A stretch of 45,782 nucleotides of DNA from the UHGV virus genome UHGV-0242872; one strand, written 5' to 3'. The DNA is from a virus. Shown here in pieces: positions 19,194-28,056 of this stretch (positions within the stretch are counted from its first letter, which is position 1; each line of letters begins with the position of its first letter). Made by a program: the position numbers and the translations under genes. Under the pieces are notes generated by a model that was not told where the DNA came from, did no database searches, and saw nothing but the letters and a program-made list of their open reading frames with translations.

Positions 19194-20614
19194 TTCTTAC
19201 CTCGTCTCTTCATGTAGTTAAGCAACTCTTCCTGTACCGATTTCTTCTCGTCGGTACGCGCGGCAACAACCTCGTCCAGTGTGTCTTTAGCAACGATGTG
19301 ATACAGGAACACCGGGCGTTCGTGGCCTGCCTGCTTCTGGCGTACTGGGCCTATACGCTCGACAACCTGCAAATAGTGCTCAAGATTCCAGCCTTGTGAG
19401 ATGAATGCCAGATGATGCCCGCCGTCCTGTAAATTCAAACCATGCCCGGCTGACGCGGGATGCACGCACAAAATCTCGATTTCGCCACGGTTCCACGCTT
19501 CCATCTGCTTATTACCCTTAGCACCTTTCGCGAATGCCTGCGCCTGCGGGAAACGTTTCAGGATACGCTCCAGTTCGTGCTTGAACTGATAGGCGACTAG
19601 CAACGGCGCACCCTGTAACTCCTCCACAATCGACTCAAGCGCGTCCAGTTTCGTGTCGTGCACTTTCTCCCAGTCTTTGGTTGCTTCGCCGTCAGGCCCG
19701 GACACATATACGGCACCGGATGCAATCTGCAAACACTTCGACGTCTTCGCCGCCGCGTTAGCCGCTTCAACTTCTCCGCTTTCCAGTTCCGCGAATAACT
19801 TCTCTTCCATGTCGATGTAAGCCTGACGCGCTTTCTTCGGCAGGTCGATTTCAACCGGTACGATAATCGGCGCTTCACATCCAAACCACTCAGCGGCGTC
19901 AATCGTGAGACTAATGTCCTTCATCTTCTGGTGAATTTCATTATCTGCACCTGGTCGTGCGTGATACTCACGCGCCATCGCCGATTTTCCTTTCTGTACC
20001 GAATTAAACCAGCGGTCGGTGAATGCTGTATACGACGAACCTAGGCGCTCGCCAGCGTCGATAAACCAGTTCTGGCCCCACAAATCCTTGAGGCCGTTTG
20101 GTGACGGTGTACCAGTCAGGTTAATAAAACGCTTAACCCTTCCGAAAGCCACTTTACTAAGCGCCTTTGCACGCTTGCTACCACCTGAACGGCTGCGGAA
20201 TGATTTAAGCTTCGTGCTTTCATCTGCAACGATAACCGTAAAAGGCCAGTCGTCTTTGCCGTAGTAGTCAATCAGCCACTCGATAACCTCATAGTTCGTG
20301 CAAACCACGTTAGCATCTGACTCCAGCGCCGCGATGCGGCGCTTCTCTGAACCAGTCGCATCTACAACACGCAGACATGGGAATTGCCATTTCTCTTGCT
20401 CTGCAGGCCACGTACCAGACGCAACCCGCAGCGGGGCGAGGATTAACACGCGGTCGTCATCATTAAGTTGGCCGTTTCGGAACAGTCGGTTTAATGCCCA
20501 CAGTACGCTGCCAGTCTTCCCAGCGCCCATGCTTGCCCATATGTTGCAGCGATGGTGCCGCAGCATGAACGAAGTCATGAGCTTTTGGTACTCACGCCTT
20601 TGAAACTTACTCAT
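19190..20614 (-). CDS. SNF2/DEAD-like helicase
   Basis: Walker A GAGKTG, DESTK box, LTGTP motif. Confidence 0.8.
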   Translation of the reverse strand: MSKFQRREYQKLMTSFMLRHHRCNIWASMGAGKTGSVLWALNRLFRNGQLNDDDRVLILAPLRVASGTWPAEQEKWQFPCLRVVDATGSEKRRIAALESDANVVCTNYEVIEWLIDYYGKDDWPFTVIVADESTKLKSFRSRSGGSKRAKALSKVAFGRVKRFINLTGTPSPNGLKDLWGQNWFIDAGERLGSSYTAFTDRWFNSVQKGKSAMAREYHARPGADNEIHQKMKDISLTIDAAEWFGCEAPIIVPVEIDLPKKARQAYIDMEEKLFAELESGEVEAANAAAKTSKCLQIASGAVYVSGPDGEATKDWEKVHDTKLDALESIVEELQGAPLLVAYQFKHELERILKRFPQAQAFAKGAKGNKQMEAWNRGEIEILCVHPASAGHGLNLQDGGHHLAFISQGWNLEHYLQVVERIGPVRQKQAGHERPVFLYHIVAKDTLDEVVAARTDEKKSVQEELLNYMKRRGKK

Positions 20615-21536
20615 TTACCGCCCCCATGAATGCCTTTATAAATTCAGCAGCTACTTGCGGGACGATGGCATTGCCGTAACCGCGCAATCGTCCCACTCTG
20701 GCGGGTATCCCATCAGCCAGCGGGAATGTGCCGGGTTCAACTGGCCTGAATTTTCCATCCCTGCATCCGAGCCAGTCAGCACCTGACCAGAAGCCGTAAT
20801 GCGAATAGGTTGTGTTATTTTCAGCCCCTGCTCCGTCGAGTAGTCCAGCCTGTCGAAAGTCCGGTCCTTTCCGTCCTTGCGAATCACTGTCTCTCCGCTC
20901 CCTCTGTAATCGTTCGCGGTCGGCGTCGCCCATGCCGTCATCGCGGCGGCCCACCCCAGTTTGTTCGGTTTCGTCCTGCCGTCTGTGCTGCGCATGTTCA
21001 CGTCGTTTGTTATCAGTGATACCGCTGGCGTGGGCCAATCTATGCGCGCCGAAGAAAAGTCGGTCGCGTTTGTGCGGTGCGCCGACGCTACAAGCTGGGA
21101 GTACGGCAAACCCGACGGCGTAGTTTTCTCCTTCCAGGTGAGTTTGTAAATCGCACATCCACGATTTTGCAATTGCTGGCGCAACCTGCTCCCCAAAGAG
21201 GACTGGAGGGTGGCACTCGCTGATGAGGTCGAGGAACACAGGTGCGAGGTGTCTCGGGTCGAACTGTCCGAGTTGCTTTCCCGCTGCGCTAAACGGTTGG
21301 CAAGGCGGGCTTCCCGTCCAGAGAGGCGCATCTTCCGGAACTCCCGCAAGTCTGAGCGCGAGGGGCCAGCCGCCGATACCAGCGAAAAAATGACACTGGG
21401 TGAATCCGTCGAGGTCTTCTGGCTTAACTTCAGTAATGCTTCTTTCATCTACAACTCCAAAAGGTATGTGACCCTGTTTTATTAATTCACGCAGCCACGC
21501 GGCTGCGCCTTTATCCCATTCGTTGTAATAGTTCAT
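20607..21536 (-). CDS. DNA (cytosine-5)-methyltransferase, orphan
   Basis: motif I FAGIGG, motif IV SPPCQPFS, ENV-like GEQV, RDR, motif X GNAIV; no restriction partner seen. Confidence 0.8.
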   Translation of the reverse strand: MNYYNEWDKGAAAWLRELIKQGHIPFGVVDERSITEVKPEDLDGFTQCHFFAGIGGWPLALRLAGVPEDAPLWTGSPPCQPFSAAGKQLGQFDPRHLAPVFLDLISECHPPVLFGEQVAPAIAKSWMCDLQTHLEGENYAVGFAVLPACSVGAPHKRDRLFFGAHRLAHASGITDNKRREHAQHRRQDETEQTGVGRRDDGMGDADRERLQRERRDSDSQGRKGPDFRQAGLLDGAGAENNTTYSHYGFWSGADWLGCRDGKFRPVEPGTFPLADGIPARVGRLRGYGNAIVPQVAAEFIKAFMGAVNE

Positions 21537-21724
21537 TTTGCCACCAGTACCAGTTCCTTCCTCCCGAACGCCGTAACGTTTCCAGCTACGTCTTCGATAA
21601 CCAGTTTACCGTTAGACTCGACGAACACCGTATCAACGGCAACAGGACGACGTGTCTTAACGTTGAAAATCATGTCACCCGGTACAATGTCACGTGCAGG
21701 TTTGCGGTCGTATTCGTGTTTCAT
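21533..21724 (-). CDS. hypothetical protein (63 aa)
   Basis: first gene after internal promoter; ATGA coupling to methyltransferase. Confidence 0.45.
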   Translation of the reverse strand: MKHEYDRKPARDIVPGDMIFNVKTRRPVAVDTVFVESNGKLVIEDVAGNVTAFGRKELVLVAK

Positions 21725-21754
21725 TTCTCAATTCCTTATATTGTTGGTGTAGGA

Positions 21755-22042
21755 CTAACTATAATAGTTCGCTATTAGGTCGTCAACCTGTTTAAACGAA
21801 CCGACGACAAAAACATTTGCACCTCTTTTACGCATCCGCTCGTGCTCGCGTAACTGGTGGGGGTCGGGCTTCGTGTTTTCGTCTTTCTTAACCTCAACGA
21901 ACCAGACGATGCCGCCGGGGAGAATTACCAGCAGGTCAGGAGCGCCGGAACGTCCTTCGTAGGAAAGTTTACGAACGAGGCCACCAAGGGCCTCGAATCG
22001 CTCTTTTGCGTATTTCTGTATTTTGCCCTCAGGCGTACTCAT
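21755..22042 (-). CDS. VRR-NUC domain nuclease
   Basis: PD-(D/E)XK-type motif PDLLVILPGG...FVEVKK. Confidence 0.7.
   Translation of the reverse strand: MSTPEGKIQKYAKERFEALGGLVRKLSYEGRSGAPDLLVILPGGIVWFVEVKKDENTKPDPHQLREHERMRKRGANVFVVGSFKQVDDLIANYYS
21758..21786 (-). promoter_or_regulatory. sigma70-like promoter TTGACG-N17-TATAGT
   Basis: minus strand; AATAG-N4-CTATT palindrome 21763-21776 in spacer. Confidence 0.55.
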
Positions 22043-22127
22043 CTACACACCCCTCACGTTTCGTATGCTCAACCCCACAGCGCGGACAGATTCGACAGTC
22101 TTCTTCGTAGAACCAGTAAATTTTCAT
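22029..22127 (-). CDS. small zinc-ribbon protein (32 aa)
   Basis: CRICPRCG...EGC; ATGA coupled to upstream gene; below track cutoff. Confidence 0.3.
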   Translation of the reverse strand: MKIYWFYEEDCRICPRCGVEHTKREGCVDEYA

Positions 22128-22255
22128 TCCAGCACCCACAGATAAATTGCTACTAACATACCCAATACAGCGACCATCATGCCATATTGACCCTCGTGAC
22201 AGTAGACACCGGCGGCGAATCCCGCCAGTACCGCAATAATCAGTTTACTTGGCAT
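22124..22255 (-). CDS. small membrane protein (43 aa)
   Basis: ATG 22255 two nt after HNH stop with ACGGGGG SD; hydrophobic helix; trimmed from track ORF 22124-22507. Confidence 0.35.
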   Translation of the reverse strand: MPSKLIIAVLAGFAAGVYCHEGQYGMMVAVLGMLVAIYLWVLE

Positions 22256-22256
22256 T

Positions 22257-22754
22257 CTAGCCCCCGTGATTCTCATGAAAGCCGTAGCGAACAATTGCAG
22301 ATTTCCGCGCACAAGCCGCGTCAAATATATTGTCATGGTGGCCCAAGAATATAAGTCTACCGTCAACGAATATCCCTGCTTTCCATTTAGCCGCCCGTGC
22401 GTTCCAGTGCACACCTGTGAGCCCCGACTTGTTATCTTTTCTCCGAGATGCGTTTCGGTTGTTATCAGTACGCGATACTTTCCGAAGGTTGCATGCACGA
22501 TTATCATCCAGGATGTGATTTATATGGTCTACTTCATCATCAGGACCTAAACGGTCATTGTTATACATCTCCCACGCGATACGATTAGCCCTGTAACTAA
22601 CCCCTCTGACGACGATACAGATGTAGCCCCTCTTACTCGGGCTACCGGCTTCGTCTCCGGCGTTTATACTGTGTCTCGGGGAATACTTCCATCGTATCTT
22701 CCCCGTGTCAGATTCGTAGTAGAAATGGTCATGCCAATTAATTAAATCTCTCAT
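22257..22754 (-). CDS. HNH homing endonuclease with AP2-like DNA-binding domain
   Basis: HNH motif DHINHILDDNRACNLRKVSRTDNNRN, C-terminal AP2-like GVHWNARAAKWKAGIFVDGRLIFLG; GAGGGGG SD. Confidence 0.8.
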   Translation of the reverse strand: MRDLINWHDHFYYESDTGKIRWKYSPRHSINAGDEAGSPSKRGYICIVVRGVSYRANRIAWEMYNNDRLGPDDEVDHINHILDDNRACNLRKVSRTDNNRNASRRKDNKSGLTGVHWNARAAKWKAGIFVDGRLIFLGHHDNIFDAACARKSAIVRYGFHENHGG

Positions 22755-22768
22755 AAATCACCCCCTCA

Positions 22769-24970
22769 TCATTTAGCGTATCTGTACATTTCGCTACCTT
22801 CCGCTACAAGAGGGAACCCCTCGGCCCATTCCGGCAACGCACACATTAATTTTTCCAGTTCGGCCACCGTGTACTCGGGGGTATCTGGAGTTTCGCATAC
22901 TAGTTCATCGTGTACCGAAAGCACGATAGGATATCCGCCACGCTCAACATTAATCATCGCATATGCTAGTAAATCACGGCACAGCGCCTGAACAATGTTT
23001 TCGCAGGCTTTGCCGCCGTGTGTGTACAAGGTAGTCCATTGGCGGGTTAACTGGTTTTCGCCTTGATACTTGATTCGCACATTCGTGTTCACCCGTCCAT
23101 CTTCATCTGTTTCCTTTGTCACACTAACGCCGATTCCTGGATACGAGAGGATACGACCTGACGGCAACTCCATACACAACCACCAACCCGGAACCTTCCT
23201 ACCGGATGAATCAAATTCTACAGTACGCCATATGCGGATAGCCCTTTCCCCATTCCTGCGCAAGTGTGCCCCCGCCCAAAATTCACGACCAGGATTACGC
23301 ACAGCTGCTAAAATTCCGTCTTTAAGGTCGCGCCAGAACGCTACTGTTTCCGGGTGTGACTCGCGCCACATACGCTTGATAGCATCACATGTGCGCCACA
23401 CTTTCTTATCAAGAATATATGATGGCCTATCGTCCTTTTCACCTGTATGCGGGGGGCGCTTGGCTTCCTGGATGCGCGCCCATTCATATCCTCTCGCGGT
23501 GGCTGACCAGATGTGGTCGGGGAATGTACCGTCCATTGTTTTTGCCATCTCAATAAGGTCAAGACCTAAGTTTTTAGCAAACGTAACGAACGCTCCGACG
23601 CCGCCTTCATATCCGAGTCCCAGTTCGCATGCTTTGCCTATCTGTCTGATTTCCTTGAAGTTTTTCTTAATATCGTCTTGGTCCATACCGAACATCTTAC
23701 CTGCGGTTACGCAGTAAATATCCAGCCCGGCGCGGAACGTATCGAGCGCGGTTTCTTCACCCGCCAGCCACGCAAGCCCACGACCCTCAACGTTAGAATA
23801 ATCGGCGACGACAAACTTATGTCCTGCTTCCGGAATGATGCAGCTGCGAACCGTCGATGCCGTTAGCTTGGCTACATCGAAACGGCGGTGAGCACGACCC
23901 TTAAGTAACGCTGAAATGCCTTTATCCAGTTCATCATCGTGATAGTACCCGCGCGCCAGGTTCTGCGGCTGGAAGCCTTTACCCGCCCATCGCAGAGTAC
24001 GTTTTGCCCCGCCATACTGCAAACAACCACGGCGACGGTCGTCCGATGAGCGGCCTAACAGCAGCGGGTTATATTTCGTGGACGCTGTTGACGCGGCCCC
24101 GAGGCGCATTTCGATAATCATCCGGGCGTCGTCCGGTAAATCATCATCTGCCAACAGGTCGTTAAGCGTCGACTTCTGTGCGTTGTGTATGCGGTGTGCG
24201 GGGGCCAGTTCACGTAGAATAGGCAGAAAGTCCTTACCGGTAAGCGAGCCGCCGTATTTACGTTGAGCTTCTTCCTGTAACTGTGCCTTGTGCTTCTCTA
24301 CGGCTTCAATCGCGGCTTCCGCCAGTGCGACGTCAACCTTAAATCCGCGGTCGTTGATTAACTGGTCAAGTTCCAGTACACGGTCTTCGAACTCGGAGTT
24401 ACCCCAACGCGGCAGCTTATGGAAGACTTCACGCATCGCAGTGATGTCGCTCACGGCGTACCTGATGAACATCGCCCACTCGTCAGGGTGAGTTTCTGCG
24501 GTGTAGCGGCGGATTTTGTAGTTCTTCGGCGTCGGTTTAGAGAAACGCTTAATCAGAGCCTTGCCGCGTTTATCTTTCGCGTTGTCTGCAGACACGCCCA
24601 GCACTTCGCACAGCGCATCAAGAGAACCCGGCAGCGCGTGACGGAACGCCCAAATCATAGTATCAATGGTGTTACTTACCGGAATATCAAAGCCCCAGCA
24701 GTGTTTCATGATTAGGCGATCGAAAAGTCCACCGTTGTGCCACACAATCTTGATGCGGCTGTTGGGCTTAACAAGGCGGCGCAGTGCGCGGTGTAAATCC
24801 CCCGGCATGTCGCTGCCGTCGGTGCAATCCCATACCCGCACAGGTTCGTCGTCAAAAGCATATGTACAGATAAGCACTTCGGTTGACGGGTGTTCGGCGT
24901 AAGCGTAAGAACCGACTTTCTTCAAATCGGCTTCTGAGAATGTTTCAAAGTCTAAGAACAGGTAACTCAT
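22769..24970 (-). CDS. DNA polymerase I (family A) with 3'-5' exonuclease domain
   Basis: 733 aa; Exo I FLDFETFS, motif B RQIGKACELGLGYEGG, motif C LSVHDELV. Confidence 0.9.
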   Translation of the reverse strand: MSYLFLDFETFSEADLKKVGSYAYAEHPSTEVLICTYAFDDEPVRVWDCTDGSDMPGDLHRALRRLVKPNSRIKIVWHNGGLFDRLIMKHCWGFDIPVSNTIDTMIWAFRHALPGSLDALCEVLGVSADNAKDKRGKALIKRFSKPTPKNYKIRRYTAETHPDEWAMFIRYAVSDITAMREVFHKLPRWGNSEFEDRVLELDQLINDRGFKVDVALAEAAIEAVEKHKAQLQEEAQRKYGGSLTGKDFLPILRELAPAHRIHNAQKSTLNDLLADDDLPDDARMIIEMRLGAASTASTKYNPLLLGRSSDDRRRGCLQYGGAKRTLRWAGKGFQPQNLARGYYHDDELDKGISALLKGRAHRRFDVAKLTASTVRSCIIPEAGHKFVVADYSNVEGRGLAWLAGEETALDTFRAGLDIYCVTAGKMFGMDQDDIKKNFKEIRQIGKACELGLGYEGGVGAFVTFAKNLGLDLIEMAKTMDGTFPDHIWSATARGYEWARIQEAKRPPHTGEKDDRPSYILDKKVWRTCDAIKRMWRESHPETVAFWRDLKDGILAAVRNPGREFWAGAHLRRNGERAIRIWRTVEFDSSGRKVPGWWLCMELPSGRILSYPGIGVSVTKETDEDGRVNTNVRIKYQGENQLTRQWTTLYTHGGKACENIVQALCRDLLAYAMINVERGGYPIVLSVHDELVCETPDTPEYTVAELEKLMCALPEWAEGFPLVAEGSEMYRYAK

Positions 24971-24982
24971 TATTTTTGACCC

Positions 24983-25010
24983 CTAGTAAAAAGGCCCAAT
25001 GAAGGGCCTT
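24983..25010 (-). terminator. intrinsic terminator (minus strand)
   Basis: AAGGCCC-TTCATT-GGGCCTT followed by TTTAC on minus strand. Confidence 0.55.
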
Positions 25011-25029
25011 AGTTAAATTGATTCAGATA

Positions 25030-25656
25030 TTAGCGGCGGCGACGTTCGCGGCGCGGTGCTTCATCTTCTTCGTCGTCTTCCAGGTCATTGACGCTCGCAG
25101 CGACTTTAGAACCGCCGAACGCTTTGCCTTCGCCAACGTATTTAATCGCCAGCAGGTTAACGCCGAGGACTTTGTATTTCTGGCTGAACCAGATTTCAAC
25201 GCTTACGTTAGCTAAGCATCCGCTGTAAACCTGTTCACCTTCAATCTGTTCGCCGTCTACGTTGAAGTCCTGCTCTACCTGAGTCTCACCTTTTTTAGAG
25301 GTTACAATCAGCGGCTGTTTCTGTGCCTTCGCTTTGAAGTAGAAGCCTTCCGGGAAGTCTTCAAACGGATTGTCGCGCTCGGCAATGTCTTTAATCGCGC
25401 ATTTATCCATGTGCTTACCTTCACCGTAGTTGGACTTCATCCATTTCTCGGCAGCGGCTGCGCCTAACGCTTCTTCAACTACAGCGTAAACGGTGTCATA
25501 GAGCGCATCGATTTGCGCATGGTCAGACGGCAGGATAATCGTTGCGCTGTACTGACCTTTAGTGATTGATCCATCGTCGTTTTCACGGTCTTTTTCGCGT
25601 TCGAATACGTTAACCCAGGCAGTGTTTACTTTACGCAGATTTAATTTCAGTCCCAT
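25030..25656 (-). CDS. putative ssDNA-binding protein (T7 gp2.5-like / DUF2815-like)
   Basis: 208 aa with acidic tail DLEDDEEDE then basic RRERRRR; adjacent to exonuclease and polymerase. Confidence 0.5.
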   Translation of the reverse strand: MGLKLNLRKVNTAWVNVFEREKDRENDDGSITKGQYSATIILPSDHAQIDALYDTVYAVVEEALGAAAAEKWMKSNYGEGKHMDKCAIKDIAERDNPFEDFPEGFYFKAKAQKQPLIVTSKKGETQVEQDFNVDGEQIEGEQVYSGCLANVSVEIWFSQKYKVLGVNLLAIKYVGEGKAFGGSKVAASVNDLEDDEEDEAPRRERRRR

Positions 25657-25714
25657 TTGATTTCTCGCTTTTCAGTTTCAGTTTACTCCGGGATCTGCCC
25701 GGCCAGTGATTAGA

Positions 25715-25743
25715 ACTATAATAGCTAACTATTCATGTGTCAA
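25715..25743 (-). promoter_or_regulatory. sigma70-like promoter TTGACA-N17-TATAGT
   Basis: minus strand; palindrome 25720-25733 in spacer. Confidence 0.6.
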
Positions 25744-25932
25744 ATAAAATTTTGCAATAGGGATTATGTTCTCGAAATTAAGCATATTGGCCGGTTCGAA
25801 CTCATCCTCTACAGGGTAGTATCGCATCATGGTACCGTTCAAGAACGTGAACGATTCCGAGTGTAGATACCCATCCCAGTGCCATACCATCAAAAAATCT
25901 TTATCAGTCGGCATTTCATTTACTTGAATCAT
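25729..25932 (-). CDS. hypothetical protein (67 aa)
   Basis: ATG 25932 with AGGAGG SD overlapping exonuclease stop (ATGA). Confidence 0.4.
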   Translation of the reverse strand: MIQVNEMPTDKDFLMVWHWDGYLHSESFTFLNGTMMRYYPVEDEFEPANMLNFENIIPIAKFYLTHE

Positions 25933-27218
25933 TCTAAATCCTCCTCTGTAACTTGATTCCACTCAGGACGTTTGTCATCCGCCGTTGCGACGCATGGCGC
26001 ACCGGGCTTACGGGTAATGAAGTCTTTCAGTTCTTCTTCCGGTACAATTTTAACCGCTTCGGTCGGTGTCATAAGAACTACCTTTTGCAGCATAGTACCG
26101 TACTTCTCGAATACTGCATCGGTATCTTTCCACGCACGATTACCCGGGCGTCCTTCAACCAGTTTATACCCCGGCACTTTCTTACCGGAATGTAACGCAG
26201 CAGCCATAGCTTTCTCAACCTTGTCGATGTGCTGGCGCAACAACGGCAACTTCTCATACTCAGCTACGAGTTGCTCTGGCGTAAGCTCAAGTGCAAAGTC
26301 GTCCTCCAGTTCTTCCGCCAGCCCCGCGTTAACGGTTTTTGTACGCGCTGCGCATTGTTCAGAGAACCGACACCACTGACAACCATCTACCGACGGCTTG
26401 AAGTCCGACGCTTTCAGGTTCTTTTTACCCCGGAAATAGGCATCAAGAGCCAACAGCGCCCGTTTCTGTGCAAACTTAGCGAACAGTTCCAGACCTTCAA
26501 CCGAGATGTCCCACTCCGATGCACCGCCAGCGTACGGCTGGAAGATGACCAGTCGAACGGTTGTTATGCTATAACGTCTCTTGAGTCGGCGATAAACGCC
26601 GAGAGCATAAAGCATAAGCTGCTTGTTTTCTTTCGCTTCGACACGATGCCGCCCGGTTTTCAGGTCGCAGATGATAAGCATGTGTTCGTCGGTGTTAGCC
26701 AGTTCCTGTATGGCAACAAGGTCAGCAGTTCCGAACGTCTCCACAGTTTTAAAAACCCCGGCGTTGCCATCCCCCGGCTCCCCAGCAACACGAAACATAT
26801 AGCCAGGATGCAATACCTCAGTAAGATTGACCCGCATTTCCAGCTTAGCGTAAGCCGCTACGTCGATAATCGCTTTGCAGTAGTCGGTGTACTTGCGCAC
26901 CTGCTCAATCATGTCCGCCGTAATCAGTACAGCACCTTTCATCGGGCTGATTAGCGCCTTAATCTGGCCTTTACCCTCGTCCAGCACGTAAGCGCCAACT
27001 TCACGCTCTAACGGCAGTGCAGTTCCGCGGATATAGGCGTTGAGATGGACCTCCGCTATGGTGTGGCACGCTGTACCTGTAACGGCGGCTTTACCTGACG
27101 TGTTGGGAATATCTTTCTCACAGGCCAGCGATGCGGCGCAGCTTAGCCACTTTTTAGCCCCTGACGGCGACAGCAGGGCGTGCACATCGTTATTGCCGCC
27201 GCGTTCTTTTAAAATCAT
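25929..27218 (-). CDS. Cas4/RecB-like PD-(D/E)XK exonuclease (DUF2800-like)
   Basis: ATG 27218 with GGGAGG SD; LLSPSGAKKWLSC, DLK motif, C-terminal CQWCRFSEQC cysteine cluster. Confidence 0.7.
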   Translation of the reverse strand: MILKERGGNNDVHALLSPSGAKKWLSCAASLACEKDIPNTSGKAAVTGTACHTIAEVHLNAYIRGTALPLEREVGAYVLDEGKGQIKALISPMKGAVLITADMIEQVRKYTDYCKAIIDVAAYAKLEMRVNLTEVLHPGYMFRVAGEPGDGNAGVFKTVETFGTADLVAIQELANTDEHMLIICDLKTGRHRVEAKENKQLMLYALGVYRRLKRRYSITTVRLVIFQPYAGGASEWDISVEGLELFAKFAQKRALLALDAYFRGKKNLKASDFKPSVDGCQWCRFSEQCAARTKTVNAGLAEELEDDFALELTPEQLVAEYEKLPLLRQHIDKVEKAMAAALHSGKKVPGYKLVEGRPGNRAWKDTDAVFEKYGTMLQKVVLMTPTEAVKIVPEEELKDFITRKPGAPCVATADDKRPEWNQVTEEDLE

Positions 27219-27487
27219 ACCCTGACCTCCCACTGGTCAATTAAATGTCGTGTCTTGTGGTCACAATGCATCGCCCAGCTATACATCGACTCGAAGACAT
27301 AAAAGTCACTTTTAACGAATGTCGTGCGCTTAATCTGCGACAGGTGACGGCCTATATCTTTCGGCTTCGGTACTTTGCCGAGGTAGGCCATCTCTTCCAT
27401 CTGGTGCGCGCCGGACGGCGCACGCAACAGCCACAACGCCTCTGTGTTATCCCGTCGGTCAATACCTCGGTAGAGTTGGTAAATCAT
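27215..27487 (-). CDS. hypothetical protein (90 aa)
   Basis: ATGA coupling to exonuclease gene. Confidence 0.45.
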   Translation of the reverse strand: MIYQLYRGIDRRDNTEALWLLRAPSGAHQMEEMAYLGKVPKPKDIGRHLSQIKRTTFVKSDFYVFESMYSWAMHCDHKTRHLIDQWEVRV

Positions 27488-27530
27488 ATTACGACCCTCT
27501 GTTAAAGCGGCCCGGAGGCCGCCAGATAAA

Positions 27531-28034
27531 TTATTCTTCTTCGAAATACTTGTTCTTAATCGCCGTCAGGCGTTTCAGGTATTCAGCCAGGTCTTCGTCT
27601 TTAATCGCGGCAATCTTCATTTTCTTACCGGTGAACTCCTCCAGCAGTTCATCGGAATCGTCGCACGCAGCATCGCTAGGACCTTCGTTAATTGCATCGT
27701 CGATAGCCTGAATCTGGTCACGAAGAGACTGGTAATCGACCTCTTCTTTCTCTTCTTCTGGTTCTGGAGTCGGCTCCTCTACTTTAGCTTTACGCGGCTT
27801 GCGTTTCGGCTTCTCTTCTTCTTCTGCTGGTTTAGCGTCAACGATGTCTTCACCTTCAACAGGGATTTCTTTTGTTGCTTCTTTTTCGCACTCAGCTACC
27901 GCTTCTTTGGTATACACTACCGTCTCTACTTCTAACGGCGCTGCAACTTGTGCTGACTGTTTCGCACTGTTCGCAGCAATCAGTTCATGTGCAACTACGA
28001 AACGTTCCAGTAATTTTAAGAATTGTTCTAACAT
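27531..28034 (-). CDS. highly acidic disordered protein
   Basis: 167 aa, Glu/Asp-rich with a KPKRKPRKAK patch; AGGAG SD. Confidence 0.5.
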   Translation of the reverse strand: MLEQFLKLLERFVVAHELIAANSAKQSAQVAAPLEVETVVYTKEAVAECEKEATKEIPVEGEDIVDAKPAEEEEKPKRKPRKAKVEEPTPEPEEEKEEVDYQSLRDQIQAIDDAINEGPSDAACDDSDELLEEFTGKKMKIAAIKDEDLAEYLKRLTAIKNKYFEEE

Positions 28035-28056
28035 TTGTTTCTCCTGTTTATTTAGG

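Noticed and set aside
20651-21448. 265-aa ORF in an alternative frame on the minus strand
   Set aside because: Lies wholly inside the methyltransferase gene, whose frame carries the catalytic motifs; Ser/Thr/Arg-rich overprinted frame with no motif or SD.
22256-22507. N-terminal part of track ORF 22124-22507
   Set aside because: Overlaps the HNH endonuclease gene out of frame; only the portion downstream of the HNH stop (22124-22255) has an SD and a coherent hydrophobic product.
25780-25800. GGTTCGAAC sequence resembling a tRNA T-arm
   Set aside because: Inside a coding region with no flanking acceptor-stem, anticodon-stem or CCA context; no tRNA cloverleaf could be built anywhere in the window.
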